Shown piece after piece: positions 1-11,589 of a stretch of 64,000 nt of DNA. Origin of the DNA: Eledone cirrhosa (taxonomy: Eukaryota). The translations under genes and the position numbers were made by a program. The notes under the pieces were generated by a model. It saw nothing but the letters and a program-made list of their open reading frames with translations, was not told the origin of the DNA and made no database searches. The DNA is taken from NCBI GenBank assembly GCA_964016885.1, contig CAXHJY010000096.1, positions 744,001 to 808,000 on the forward strand, given 5' to 3'. Numbering within the stretch: the stretch's first letter is position 1; each line of letters opens with the position of its first letter.

Positions 1-160
1 AATTTGTAAAAAAAAAAATCAGGGGGAGATAATTTGTAAAAAAAATCAGGGGGAGATAATTTGTAAAAAAAAATCAGGGGTAGATAATTTGTAAAAAAAA
101 ATCAGGGGGAGATAATTTGTAAAAAAAAATCAGGGGCAGATAATTTGTAAAAAAAATGAA

Positions 161-559
161 AGGGGAGATAATATCCAGCCGTCCAAGGGGAGATAATTTC
201 CAGCCGTCCAAGGGGAGATAATTTCCAGCCGTCCAAGGGGAGAAAATTTCCATCCTTCCAAGGGGATATAATTTCCAGCCGGCCAAGGGGAGATAATTTC
301 CATCCTTCCAAGGGGATATAATTTCCAGCCGTCCAAGGGGAGATAATTTTCAGCCGTCCAAGGAGAGGTAATTTCTAGCCGTCCAAGGAGAGATAATTTC
401 CAGCCGTCCAAGGGGAGATAATTTCCAGCCGTCCAAGGGGAGATAATTTCCAGCCGTCCAAGGAGACATATTTTCCAGCCGTCCAAGGAGAGGTAATTCC
501 TAGCCGTCCAAGGGGAGATAAATTCCAGCCTCCAAGGGGAGATAATTTCCAGCCAGCCA
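161..559 (+). repeat. Cassette X: 16 B-type monomers (399 bp), the longest recurrent B block
   Basis: Entered via ATGAAAGGGGAGATAATATCC and contains two CCATCCTTCCAAGGGGATATA variants. Recurs near 1470, 2300, 5960, 12980, 16150, 24605, 29580, 36120, 37430, 38265, 50710, 52020, 52820, 59170, 60450 and 62670, matching the recurrent 70/69/118-aa ORF group. Confidence 0.93.
461..559 (+). repeat. Conserved four-monomer end module of long B blocks
   Basis: The series ...GACATATTTTCC / GGAGAGGTAATT(T/C)CTAG / GATAAATTCCAGCCTCCA / CCAGCCAGCCA closes long B blocks throughout, e.g. ending near 559, 3388, 4012, 4422, 5037, 7158, 12058, 40647 and 63866. Confidence 0.88.
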
Positions 560-799
560 AGGGGAGATAATTTGTAAAAAAAATCAGGGGGAGATAATTT
601 CTAAAAAAAATCAGGGGGAGATAATTTGTAAAAAAAAATCAGGGGGAGATAATTTGTAAAAAATAATCAGGGGGAGATAATTTGTAAAAAAAATCAAGGG
701 GAGATAATTTCCAGCCGTCCAAGGGGAGATAATTTTCAGCCGTCCAAGGGGAGATAATTTCCCACCAGCCAAGGGAAGATAATATTTAAAAAAATTATG

Positions 800-1014
800 C
801 GGAGATAATTTGTAAAAAAAATCAGGGGGAGATAATTTGTAAAAAAATCAGGGGGAGATAATTTGTAAAAAAAATCAGGGGGAGATAATTTGTAAAAAAA
901 ATCAGGGGGAGATAATTTGTAAAAAAAAATCAGGGGTAGATAATTTGTAAAAAAAATCAGGGGGAGATAATTTGTAAAAAAAAATCAGGGGGAGATAATT
1001 TGTAAAAAAAATCA
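800..1014 (+). repeat. Representative A-type block (GGGGGAGATAATTTGT-A7-9-TCA monomers)
   Basis: Eight consecutive 26-28 bp A-type units, including the recurrent GGGGTAGAT variant at ~933. Confidence 0.93.
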
Positions 1015-1089
1015 AGGGGAGATAATTTCCAGCCGTCCAAGGAGAGATAATTTTAAAAAAAATCAGGCGGAGATAATTTGTAAAAAAAA

Positions 1090-2750
1090 ATCAGGGGGAG
1101 ATAATTTGTAAAAAAAAATCAGGGGGAGATAATTTGTAAAAAAAATCAAGGGGAGATAATTTCCAGCCGTCCAAGGGGAGATAATTTTCAGCCGTCCAAG
1201 GGGAGATAATTTCCCGCCAGCCAAGGGAAGATAATATTCAAAAAAATCAGGCGGAGATAATTTGTAAAAAAAATCAGGGGGAGATAATTTGTAAAAAAAT
1301 CAGGGGGAGATAATTTGTAAAAAAAAAAATCAGGGGGAGATAATTTGTAAAAAAAATCAGGGGGAGATAATTTGTAAAAAAAAATCAGGGGTAGATAATT
1401 TGTAAAAAAAAATCAGGGGGAGATAATTTGTAAAAAAAAATCAGGGGGAGATAATTTGTAAAAAAAATGAAAGGGGAGATAATATCCAGCCGTCCAAGGG
1501 GAGATAATTTCCAGCCGTCCAAGGAGAGATAATTTCCAGCCGTCCAAGGGGAGATAATTTCCATCCTTCCAAGGGGATATAATTTCCAGCCGTCCAAGGG
1601 GAGATAATTTCCATCCTTCCAAGGGGATATAATTTCCAGCCGTCCAAGGGGAGATAATTTTCAGCCGTCCAAGGAGAGGTAATTTCTAGCCGTCCAAGGA
1701 GAGATAATTTCCAGCCGTCCAAGGGGAGATAATTTCCAGCCGTCCAAGGGGAGATAATTTCCAGCCGTCCAAGGAGACATATTTTCCAGCCGTCCAAGGA
1801 GAGGTAATTCCTAGCCGTCCAAGGGGAGATAAATTCCAGCCTCCAAGGGGAGATAATTTCCAGCCAGCCAAGGGGAGATAATTTGTAAAAAAAATCAGGG
1901 GGAGATAATTTGTAAAAAAAATCAGGGGGAGATAATTTGTAAAAAAAAATCAGGGGGAGATAATTTGTAAAAAAAATCAAGGGGAGATAATTTCCAGCCG
2001 TCCAAGGGGAGATAATTTTCAGCCGTCCAAGGGGAGATAATTTCCCGCCAGCCAAGGGAAGATAATATTCAAAAAAATCAGGCGGAGATAATTTGTAAAA
2101 AAAATCAGGGGGAGATAATTTGTAAAAAAATCAGGGGGAGATAATTTGTAAAAAAAAAAATCAGGGGGAGATAATTTGTAAAAAAAATCAGGGGGAGATA
2201 ATTTGTAAAAAAAAATCAGGGGTAGATAATTTGTAAAAAAAAATCAGGGGGAGATAATTTGTAAAAAAAAATCAGGGGGAGATAATTTGTAAAAAAAATG
2301 AAAGGGGAGATAATATCCAGCCGTCCAAGGGGAGATAATTTCCAGCCGTCCAAGGGGAGATAATTTCCAGCCGTCCAAGGGGAGATAATTTCCATCCTTC
2401 CAAGGGGATATAATTTCCAGCCGTCCAAGGGGAGATAATTTCCATCCTTCCAAGGGGATATAATTTCCAGCCGTCCAAGGGGAGATAATTTTCAGCCGTC
2501 CAAGGAGAGGTAATTTCTAGCCGTCCAAGGAGAGATAATTTCCAGCCGTCCAAGGGGAGATAATTTCCAGCCGTCCAAGGGGAGATAATTTCCAGCCGTC
2601 CAAGGAGACATATTTTCCAGCCGTCCAAGGAGAGGTAATTCCTAGCCGTCCAAGGGGAGATAAATTCCAGCCTCCAAGGGGAGATAATTTCCAGCCAGCC
2701 AAGGGGAGATAATTTGTAAAAAAAATCAGGGGGAGATAATTTGTAAAAAA
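1090..2750 (+). repeat. 831-bp tandem duplication (higher-order unit containing cassette X)
   Basis: ORF offsets 1385->2216, 1413->2244 and 1686->2517 are all 831, and the sequence at 1141 matches 1972. Confidence 0.85.
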
Positions 2751-2890
2751 ATCAGGGGGAGATAATTTGTAAAAAAAATCAGGGGGAGATAATTTGTAAA
2801 AAAAATCAGGGGGAGATAATTTGTAAAAAAAAATCAGGGGTAGATAATTTGTAAAAAAAAATCAGGGGGAGATAATTTGTAAAAAAATCA

Positions 2891-3388
2891 AGGGGAGATA
2901 ATTTCCAGCCGTCCAAGGGAAGATAATTTCCAGCCCTCCAAGGGGCTATAATTTCCAGCGTCCAAGGGGAGATAATTTCCAGCCAGCGAAGGGGAGATAA
3001 TTTTTTTAAAAAAATCATTGGGAGATTTGTAAAAAAAATCAGGGGGAGATAATTTGTAAAAAAAATCAAGGGGAGATAATTTCCAGCCGTCCAAGGGGAG
3101 GTAATATCTAGCCGTCCAAGGGTAGATAATTTCCAGCCGTCCAACGGGAGATAATTTCCAGCCGTCCAAGGGTAGATAATATCCAGCCGCCCAAGGACAT
3201 ATTTTCCAGCCGTCCAAGGAGAGGTAATTTCTAGCCGTCCAAGGGGAGATAATTTCCAGCCGTCCAAGGGTAGATAATATCCAGCCGTCCAAGGACATAT
3301 TTTCCAGCCGTCCAAGGAGAGGTAATTTCTAGCCGTCCAAGGGGAGATAAATTCCAGCCTCCAAGGGGAGATAATTTCCAGCCAGCCA
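2891..3388 (+). repeat. Cassette Y: variant B units, a T/A-run junction, a short A block, then a B block with GGACATAT units
   Basis: Diagnostic strings are GGGCTATAATTTCCAG(C/T)GTCC, CCAGCGAAGG and CATTGGGAGATTTG. GGGCTATA recurs near 2943, 4690, 6810, 11613, 13830, 14787, 17005, 18521, 23241, 25458, 28272, 30433, 35212, 38905, 40302, 45814, 49798, 53463, 54888, 57900, 61332 and 63519. Confidence 0.9.
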
Positions 3389-6300
3389 AGGGGAGATAAT
3401 TTGTAAAAAAATCAGGGGGAGATAATTTGTAAAAAAAATCAGGGGGAGATAATTTGTAAAAAAAAATCAGGGGGAGATAATTTGTAAAAAAAAATCAGGG
3501 GGAGATAATTTGTTTAAAAAATCAAGGGGAGATAATTTGCAGCCGTCCAAGGGGAGATAATTTTCAGCCGTCCAAGGAGAGGTAATTTCTAGCCGTTCAA
3601 GGGGAGATAATTTCCAGCCGTCCAAGGGGAGATAATTTCCAGCCGTCCAAGGGGAGATAATTTTTTTTTAAAAATCAGGCGGAGATAATTTGTAAAAAAA
3701 AATCAGGGGGAGATAATTCGTAAAAAAAAATCAGGGGGAGATAATTTGTAAAAAAAAATCAGGGGGAGATAATTTGTAAAAAAAATCAAGGGGAGATAAT
3801 TTCCAGCCGTCCAAGGGGAGGTAATATCTAGCCGTCCAAGGGGAGATAATTTCCAGCCGTCCAAGGGGAGATAATTTCCAGCCGTCCAAGGGGAGATAAT
3901 TTCCAGCCGTCCAAGGAGACATATTTTCCAGCCGTCCAAGGCGAGGTAATTTCTAGCCGTCCAAGGGCAGATAAATTCCAGCCTCCAAGGGGAGATAATT
4001 TCCAGCCAGCCAAGGGGAGATAATTTGTAAAAAAATCAGGGGGAGATAATTTGTAAAAAATATCAGGGAGATAATTTGTAAAAAAAAATCAGGGGGAGAT
4101 AATTTGTAAAAAAAATCAGGGGGAGATAATTTGTAAAAAAAAATCAGGGGGAGATAATTTGTAAAAAAAATCAAGGGGAGATAATTTCCAGCCGTCCAAG
4201 GGGAGATAATTTTCAGCCGTCCAAAGAGAGGTAATTTCTAACCGTCCGAGGAGAGATAATTTCCAGCCGTCCAAGGGGAGATAATTTCCAGCCGTCCAAG
4301 GGGAGATAATTTCCAGCCGTCCAAGGAGACATATTTTCCAGCCGTCCAAGGAGAGGTAATTTCTAGCCGTCCAAGGGGAGATAAATTCCAGCCTCCAAGG
4401 GGAGATAATTTCCAGCCAGCCAAATGGAGATAATTTGTAAAAAAATCAGGGGGAGATAATTTGCAAAAAAAATCAGGGGGAGATAATTTGTAAAAAATAA
4501 TCAGGGGGAGATAATTTCCAGCCGTCCAAGGGGAGATAATTTTAAAAAAAATCAGGCGGAGATAATTTGTAAAAAAAAATCAGGGGGAGATAATTTGTAA
4601 AAAAAAATCAGGGGGAGATAATTTGTAAAAAAAATCAAGGGGAGATAATTTCCAGCCGTCCAAGGGAAGATAATTTCCAGCCCTCCAAGGGGCTATAATT
4701 TCCAGTGTCCAAGGGGAGATAATTTCCAGCCAGCGAAGGGGAGATAATTTTTTTTAAAAAATCATTGGGAGATTTGTAAAAAAAATCAGGGGGAGATAAT
4801 TTGTAAAAAAAATCAAGGGGAGATAATTTCCAGCCGTCCAAGGGGAGGTAATATCTAGCCGTCCAAGGGGAGATAATTTCCAGCCGTCCAAGGGGAGATA
4901 ATTTCCAGCCGTCCCAGGGTAGATAATATCCAGCCGCCCAAGGACATATTTTCCAGCCGTCCAAGGAGAGGTAATTTCTAGCCGTCCAAGGGGAGATAAA
5001 TTCCAGCCTCCAAGGGGAGATAATTTCCAGCCAGCCAAGGGGAGATAATTTGTAAAAAAATCAGGGGGAGATAATTTGTAAAAAAAATCAGGGGAAGATA
5101 ATTTGTAAAAAAAAATCAGGGGGAGATAATTTGTAAAAAAAAATCAGGGGGAGATAATTTGCAAAAAAAATCAGGGGGAGATAATTTGTAAAAAAAAATC
5201 AGGGGTAGATAATTTGTAAAAAAAAATCAGGGGGAGATAATTTGTAAAAAAAAAATCAGGGGGAGATAATTTGTAAAAAAAATCAAGGGGAGATAATTTC
5301 CAGCCGTCCAAGGAGAGATAATTTTAAAAAAAATCAGGCGGAGATAATTTGTAAAAAAAAATCAGGGGGAGATAATTTGTAAAAAAAATCAGGGGGAGAT
5401 AATTTGTAAAAAAAAATCAGGGGTAGATAATTTGTAAAAAAAAATCAGGGGGAGATAATTTGTAAAAAAAAATCAGGGGGAGATAATTTGTAAAAAAAAT
5501 CAAGGGGAGATAATTTCCAGCCGTCCAAGGAGAGATAATTTTAAAAAAAATCAGGCGGAGATAATTTGTAAAAAAAAATTAGGGGGAGATAATTTGTAAA
5601 AAAAAATCAGGGGGAGATAATTTGTAAAAAAAATCAAGGGGAGATAATTTCCAGCCGTCCAAGGGGAGATAATTTTCAGCCGTCCAAGGGGAGATAATTT
5701 CCCGCCAGCCAAGGGAAGATAATATTCAAAAAAATCAGGCGGAGATAATTTGTAAAAAAAATCAGGGGGAGATAATTTGTAAAAAAATCAGGGGGAGATA
5801 ATTTGTAAAAAAAAAAATCAGGGGGAGATAATTTGTAAAAAAAATCAGGGGGAGATAATTTGTAAAAAAAAATCAGGGGTAGATAATTTGTAAAAAAAAA
5901 TCAGGGGGAGATAATTTGTAAAAAAAAATCAGGGGGAGATAATTTGTAAAAAAAATGAAAGGGGAGATAATATCCAGCCGTCCAAGGGGAGATAATTTCC
6001 AGCCGTCCAAGGGGAGATAATTTCCAGCCGTCCAAGGGGAGATAATTTCCATCCTTCCAAGGGGATATAATTTCCAGCCGTCCAAGGGGAGATAATTTCC
6101 ATCCTTCCAAGGGGATATAATTTCCAGCCGTCCAAGGGGAGATAATTTTCAGCCGTCCAAGGATAGGTAATTTCTAGCCGTCCAAGGAGAGATAATTTCC
6201 AGCCGTCCAAGGGGAGATAATTTCCAGCCGTCCAAGGGGAGATAATTTCCAGCCGTCCAAGGAGACATATTTTCCAGCCGTCCAAGGAGAGGTAATTCCT

Positions 6301-9300
6301 AGCCGTCCAAGGGGAGATAAATTCCAGCCTCCAAGGGGAGATAATTTCCAGCCAGCCAAGGGGAGATAATTTGTAAAAAAAATCAGGGGGAGATAATTTG
6401 TAAAAAAAATCAGGGGGAGATAATTTGTAAAAAAAAATCAGGGGGAGATAATTTGTAAAAAATAATCAGGGGGAGATAATTTGTAAAAAAAATCAAGGGG
6501 AGATAATTTCCAGCCGTCCAAGGGGAGATAATTTTCAGCCGTCCAAGGGGAGATAATTTCCCGCCAGCCAAGGGAAGATAATATTTAAAAAAATTAGGCG
6601 GAGATAATTTGTAAAAAAAATCAGGGGGAGATAATTTGTAAAAAAATCAGGGGGAGATAATTTGTAAAAAAAATCAGGGGGAGATAATTTGTAAAAAAAA
6701 TCAGGGGGAGATAATTTGTAAAAAAAAATCAGGGGGAGATAATTTGTAAAAAAAATCAAGGGGAGATAATTTCCAGCCGTCCAAGGGAAGATAATTTCCA
6801 GCCCTCCAAGGGGCTATAATTTCCAGCGTCCAAGGGGAGATAATTTCCAGCCAGCGAAGGGGAGATAATTTTTTTTAAAAAATCATTGGGAGATTTGTAA
6901 AAAAAATCAGGGGGAGATAATTTGTAAAAAAAATCAAGGGGAGATAATTTCCAGCCGTCCAAGGGGAGGTAATATCTAGCCGTCCAAGGGGAGATAATTT
7001 CCAGCCGTCCAAGGGGAGATAATTTCCAGCCGTCCAAGGGTAGATAATATCCAGCCGTCCAAGGACATATTTTCCAGCCGTCCAAGGAGAGGTAATTTCT
7101 AGCCGTCCAAGGGGAGATAAATTCCAGCCTCCAAGGTGAGATAATTTCCAGCCAGCCAAGGGGAGATAATTTGTAAAAAAATCAGGGGGAGATAATTTGT
7201 AAAAAAAATCAGGGGGAGATAATTTGTAAAAAAAAATCAGGGGGAGATAATTTGTAAAAAAAAATCAGGGGGAGATAATTTGTAAAAAAAAATCAGGGGG
7301 AGATAATTTGTAAAAAAATCAAGGGGAGATAATTTCCAGCCGTCCAAGGGGAGATAATTTTCAGCCGTCCAAGGGGAGATAATTTCCCGCCAGCCAAGGG
7401 AAGATAATATTTGAAAAAATCAGGCGGAGATAATTTGTAAAAAAAATCAGGGGGAGATAATTTGTAAAAAAATCAGGGGGAGATAATTTGTAAAAAAAAA
7501 ATCAGGGCGAGATAATTTGTAAAAAGAATCAGGGGGAGATAATTTGTAAAAAAAAATCAGGGGTAGATAAATTGTAAAAAAAAATCAGGGGGAGATAATT
7601 TGTAAAAAAAATCAGGGGGAGATAATTTGTAAAAAAAATGAAAGGGGAGATAATATCCAGCCGTCCAAGGGGAGATAATTTCCAGCCGTCCAAGGGGAGA
7701 TAATTTCCAGCCGTCCAAGGGGAGATAATTTCCATCCTTCCAAGGGGATATAATTTCCAGCCGTCCAAGGGGAGATAATTTCCCGCCAGCCAAGGGAAGA
7801 TAATTTTTAAAAAAATCAGGCGGAGATTGTAAAAAAAATCAGGGGGGAGATAATTTGTAAAAAAATCAGGGGGAGATAATTTGTAAAAAAAAATCAGGGG
7901 GAGATAATTTGTAAAAAATATTCAGGGGGAGATAATTTGTAAAAAAAATCAAGGGGAGATAATTTCCAGCCGTCCAAGGGGAGATAATTTCCCGCCAGCC
8001 AAGGGAAGATAATATTTAAAAAAATTAGGCGGAGATAATTTGTAAAAAAAATCAGGGGGAGATAATTTGTAAAAAAATCAGGGGGAGATAATTTGTAAAA
8101 AAAATCAGGGGGAGATAATTTGTAAAAAAATTCATGGGGAGATAATTTGTAAAAAAAAATCAGGGGTAGATAATTTGTAAAAAAAAATCAGGGGGAGATA
8201 ATTTGTAAAAAAAAATCAGGGGGAGATAATTTGTAAAAAAAATCAAGGGGAGATAATTTCCAGCCGTCCAAGGGGAGATAATTTTCAGCCGTCCAAGGAG
8301 AGGTAATTTCTAGCCGTCCAAGGGGAGATAATTTCCAGCCCTCCAAGGGGAGGTAATTTCCAGCCGTCCAAGGGGAGATAATTTAAAAAAAAAAATCAGT
8401 CGGAGATAATTTGTAAAAAAAATCAAGGGGAGATAATTTGCAGCCGTCCAAGGGGAGATAATTTTCAGTCGTCCAAGGAGAGGTAATTTCTAGCCGTCCA
8501 AGGGGAGATAATTGCCAGCCGTCCAAGGGGAGATAATTTCCAGCCGTCCAAGGGGAGATAATTTTTTTTAAAAAATCAGGCGGAGATAATTTGTAAAAAA
8601 AATCAGGGGGAGATAATTTGTAAACAAAATCAGGGGGAGATAATTTGTAAAAAAAAATCAGGGGGAGATAATTTGTAAAAAAAATCATGGAGAGATAATT
8701 TCCAGCCGTCCAAGGTGAGATAATTTCCAGCCGTCCAAGGAGACATATTTTCCAGCCGTCCAAGGCGAGGTAATTTCTAGCCGTCCAAGGGGAGATAAAT
8801 TCCAGCCTCCAAGGGGAGATAATTTCCAGCTAGCCAAGTGGAGATAATTTGTAAAAAAATCAGGGGGAGATAATTTGTAAAAAATATCAGGGAGATAATT
8901 TGTAAAAAAAAATCAGGGGGAGATAATTTGTAAAAAAAATCAGGGGGAGATAATTTGTAAAAAAAAATCAGGGGGAGATAATTTGTAAAAAAAATCAAGG
9001 GGAGATAATTTCCAGCCGTCCAAGGGGAGATAATTTTCAGCCGTCCAAGGGGAGATAATTTCCCGCCAGCCAAGGGAAGATAATATTTAAAAAAATCAGG
9101 CGGAGATAATTTGTAAAAAAAATCAGGGGGAGATAATTTGTAAAAAAATCAGGGGGAGATAATTTGTAAAAAAAAATCAGGGGGAGATAATTTGTAAAAA
9201 AAATCAGGGGGAGATAATTTGTAAAAAAAAATCAGGGATAGATAATTTGTAAACAAAAATCAGGGGGAGATAATTTGTAAAAAAAAATCAGGGGGAGATA

Positions 9301-11589
9301 ATTTGTAAAAAAAATGAAAGGGGAGATAATATCCAGCCGTCCAAGGGGAGATAATTTCCAGCCGTCCAAGGGGATATAATTTCCAGCCGTCCAAGGGGAG
9401 ATAATTTCCATCCTTCCAAGGGGATATAATTTCCAGCCGTCCAAGGGGAGATAATTTCCCGCCAGCCAAGGGAAGATAATTTTTAAAAAAATCAGGCGGA
9501 GATTGTAAAAAAAATCAGGGGGGAGATAATTTGTAAAAAAATCAGGGGGAGATAATTTGTAAAAAATAATCAGCGGGAGATAATTTGTAAAAAAATTCAA
9601 GGGGAGATAATTTCCAGCCGTCCAAGGGGAGATAATTTCCCGCCAGCCAAGGGAAGATAATATTTAAAAAAATTAGGCGGAGATAATTTGTAAAAAATAT
9701 CAGGGGGAGATAATTTGTAAAAAAATCAGGGGGAGATAATTTGTAAAAAAAATCAGGGGGAGATAATTTGTAAAAAAAATCATGGGGAGATAATTTGTAA
9801 AAAAAAATCAGGGGTAGATAATTTGTAAAAAAAAATCAGGGGGAGATAATTTGTAAAAAAAAATCAGGGGGAGATAATTTGTAAAAAAAATCAAGGGGAG
9901 ATAATATCCAGCCGTCCAAGGAGAGATAATTTTTAAAAAAAATGAGGCGGGGATAATTTGTAAAAAAAAAATCAGGGGGAGTTAATTTGTAAAAAAAAAT
10001 GAGGGGGAGATAATTTGTAAAAAAAATCAAGGGGAGATAATTTCCAGCCGTCCAAGGGGAGATAATTTTCAGCCGTCCAAGGAGAGGTAATTTCTAGCCG
10101 TCCAAGGGGAGATAATTTCCAGCCGTCCAAGGGGAGGTAATTTCCAGCCGTCCAAGGGGAGATAATTTTTTAAAAAAAATCAGGCGGAGATAATTTGTAA
10201 AAAAAATCAAGGGGAGATAATTTGCAGCCGTCCAAGGGGAGATAATTTTCAGTCGTCCAAGGAGAGGTAATTTCTAGCCGTCCAAGGGGAGATAATTTCC
10301 AGCCGTCCAAGGGGAGATAATTTCCAGCCGTCCAAGGGGAGATAATTTTTTTTAAAAAATCAGGCGGAGATAATTTGTAAAAAAAATCAGGGGGAGATAA
10401 TTTGTAAACAAAATCAGGGGGAGATAATTTGTAAAAAAAAATCAGGGGGAGATAATTTGTAAAAAAAATTAGGCGTAGATAATTTGTAAAAAAAAATCAG
10501 GGGGAGATAATTTGTAAAATAAAATCAGGGGGAGATAATTTGTTTAAAAAATCAAGGGGAGATAATTTGCAGCCGTCCAAGGGGAGATAATTTTCAGCCG
10601 TCCAAGGAGAGGTAATTTCTAGCCGTTCAAGGGGAGATAATTTCCAGCCGTCCAAGGGGAGATAATTTCCAGCCGTCAAAGGGGAGATAATTTTTTTTAA
10701 AAAATCAGGCGGAGATAATTTGTAAAAAAAAATCAGGGGGAGATAATTCGTAAAAAAAAATCAGGGGGAGATAATTTGTAAAAAAAAATCAGGGGGAGAT
10801 AATTTGTAAAAAAAATCAAGGGGAGATAATTTCCAGCCGTCCAAGGGGAGGTAATATCTAGCCGTCCAAGGGGAGATAATTTCCAGCCGTCCAAGGGGAG
10901 ATAATTTCCAGCCGTCCAAGGGGAGATAATTTCCAGCCGTCCAAGGAGACATATTTTCCAGCCGTCCAAGGCGAGGTAATTTCTAGCCGTCCAAGGGGAG
11001 ATTAATTCCAGCCTCCAAGGGGAGATAATTTCCAGCCAGCCAAGGGGAGATAATTTGTAAAAAAATCAGGGGGAGATAATTTGTAAAAAATATCAGGGAG
11101 ATAATTTGTAAAAAAAAATCAGGGGGAGATAATTTGTAAAAAAAATCAGGGGGAGATAATTTGTAAAAAAAAATCAGGGGGAGATAATTTGTAAAAAAAA
11201 TCAAGGGGAGATAATTTCCAGCCGTCCAAGGGGAGATAATTTTCAGCCGTCCAAGGAGAGGTAATTTCTAACCGTCCGAGGAGAGATAATTTCCAGCCGT
11301 CCAAGGGGAGATAATTTCCAGCCGTCCAAGGGGAGATAATTTCCAGCCGTCCAAGGAGACATATTTTCCAGCCGTCCAAGGAGAGGTAATTTCTAGCCGT
11401 CCAAGGGGAGATAAATTCCAGCCTCCAAGGGGAGATAATTTCCAGCCAGCCAAGGGGAGATAATTTGTAAAAAAATCAGGGGGAGATAATTTGCAAAAAA
11501 AATCAGGGGGAGATAATTTGTAAAAAAAATCAGGGGGAGATAATTTGTAAAAAATAATCAGGGGGAGATAATTTCCAGCCGTCCAAGGG

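Noticed and set aside
3000-3015. T7A7 palindrome as an intrinsic terminator
   Set aside because: It has an AT-only stem, no GC hairpin and no upstream gene. It is kept only as a mutational observation.
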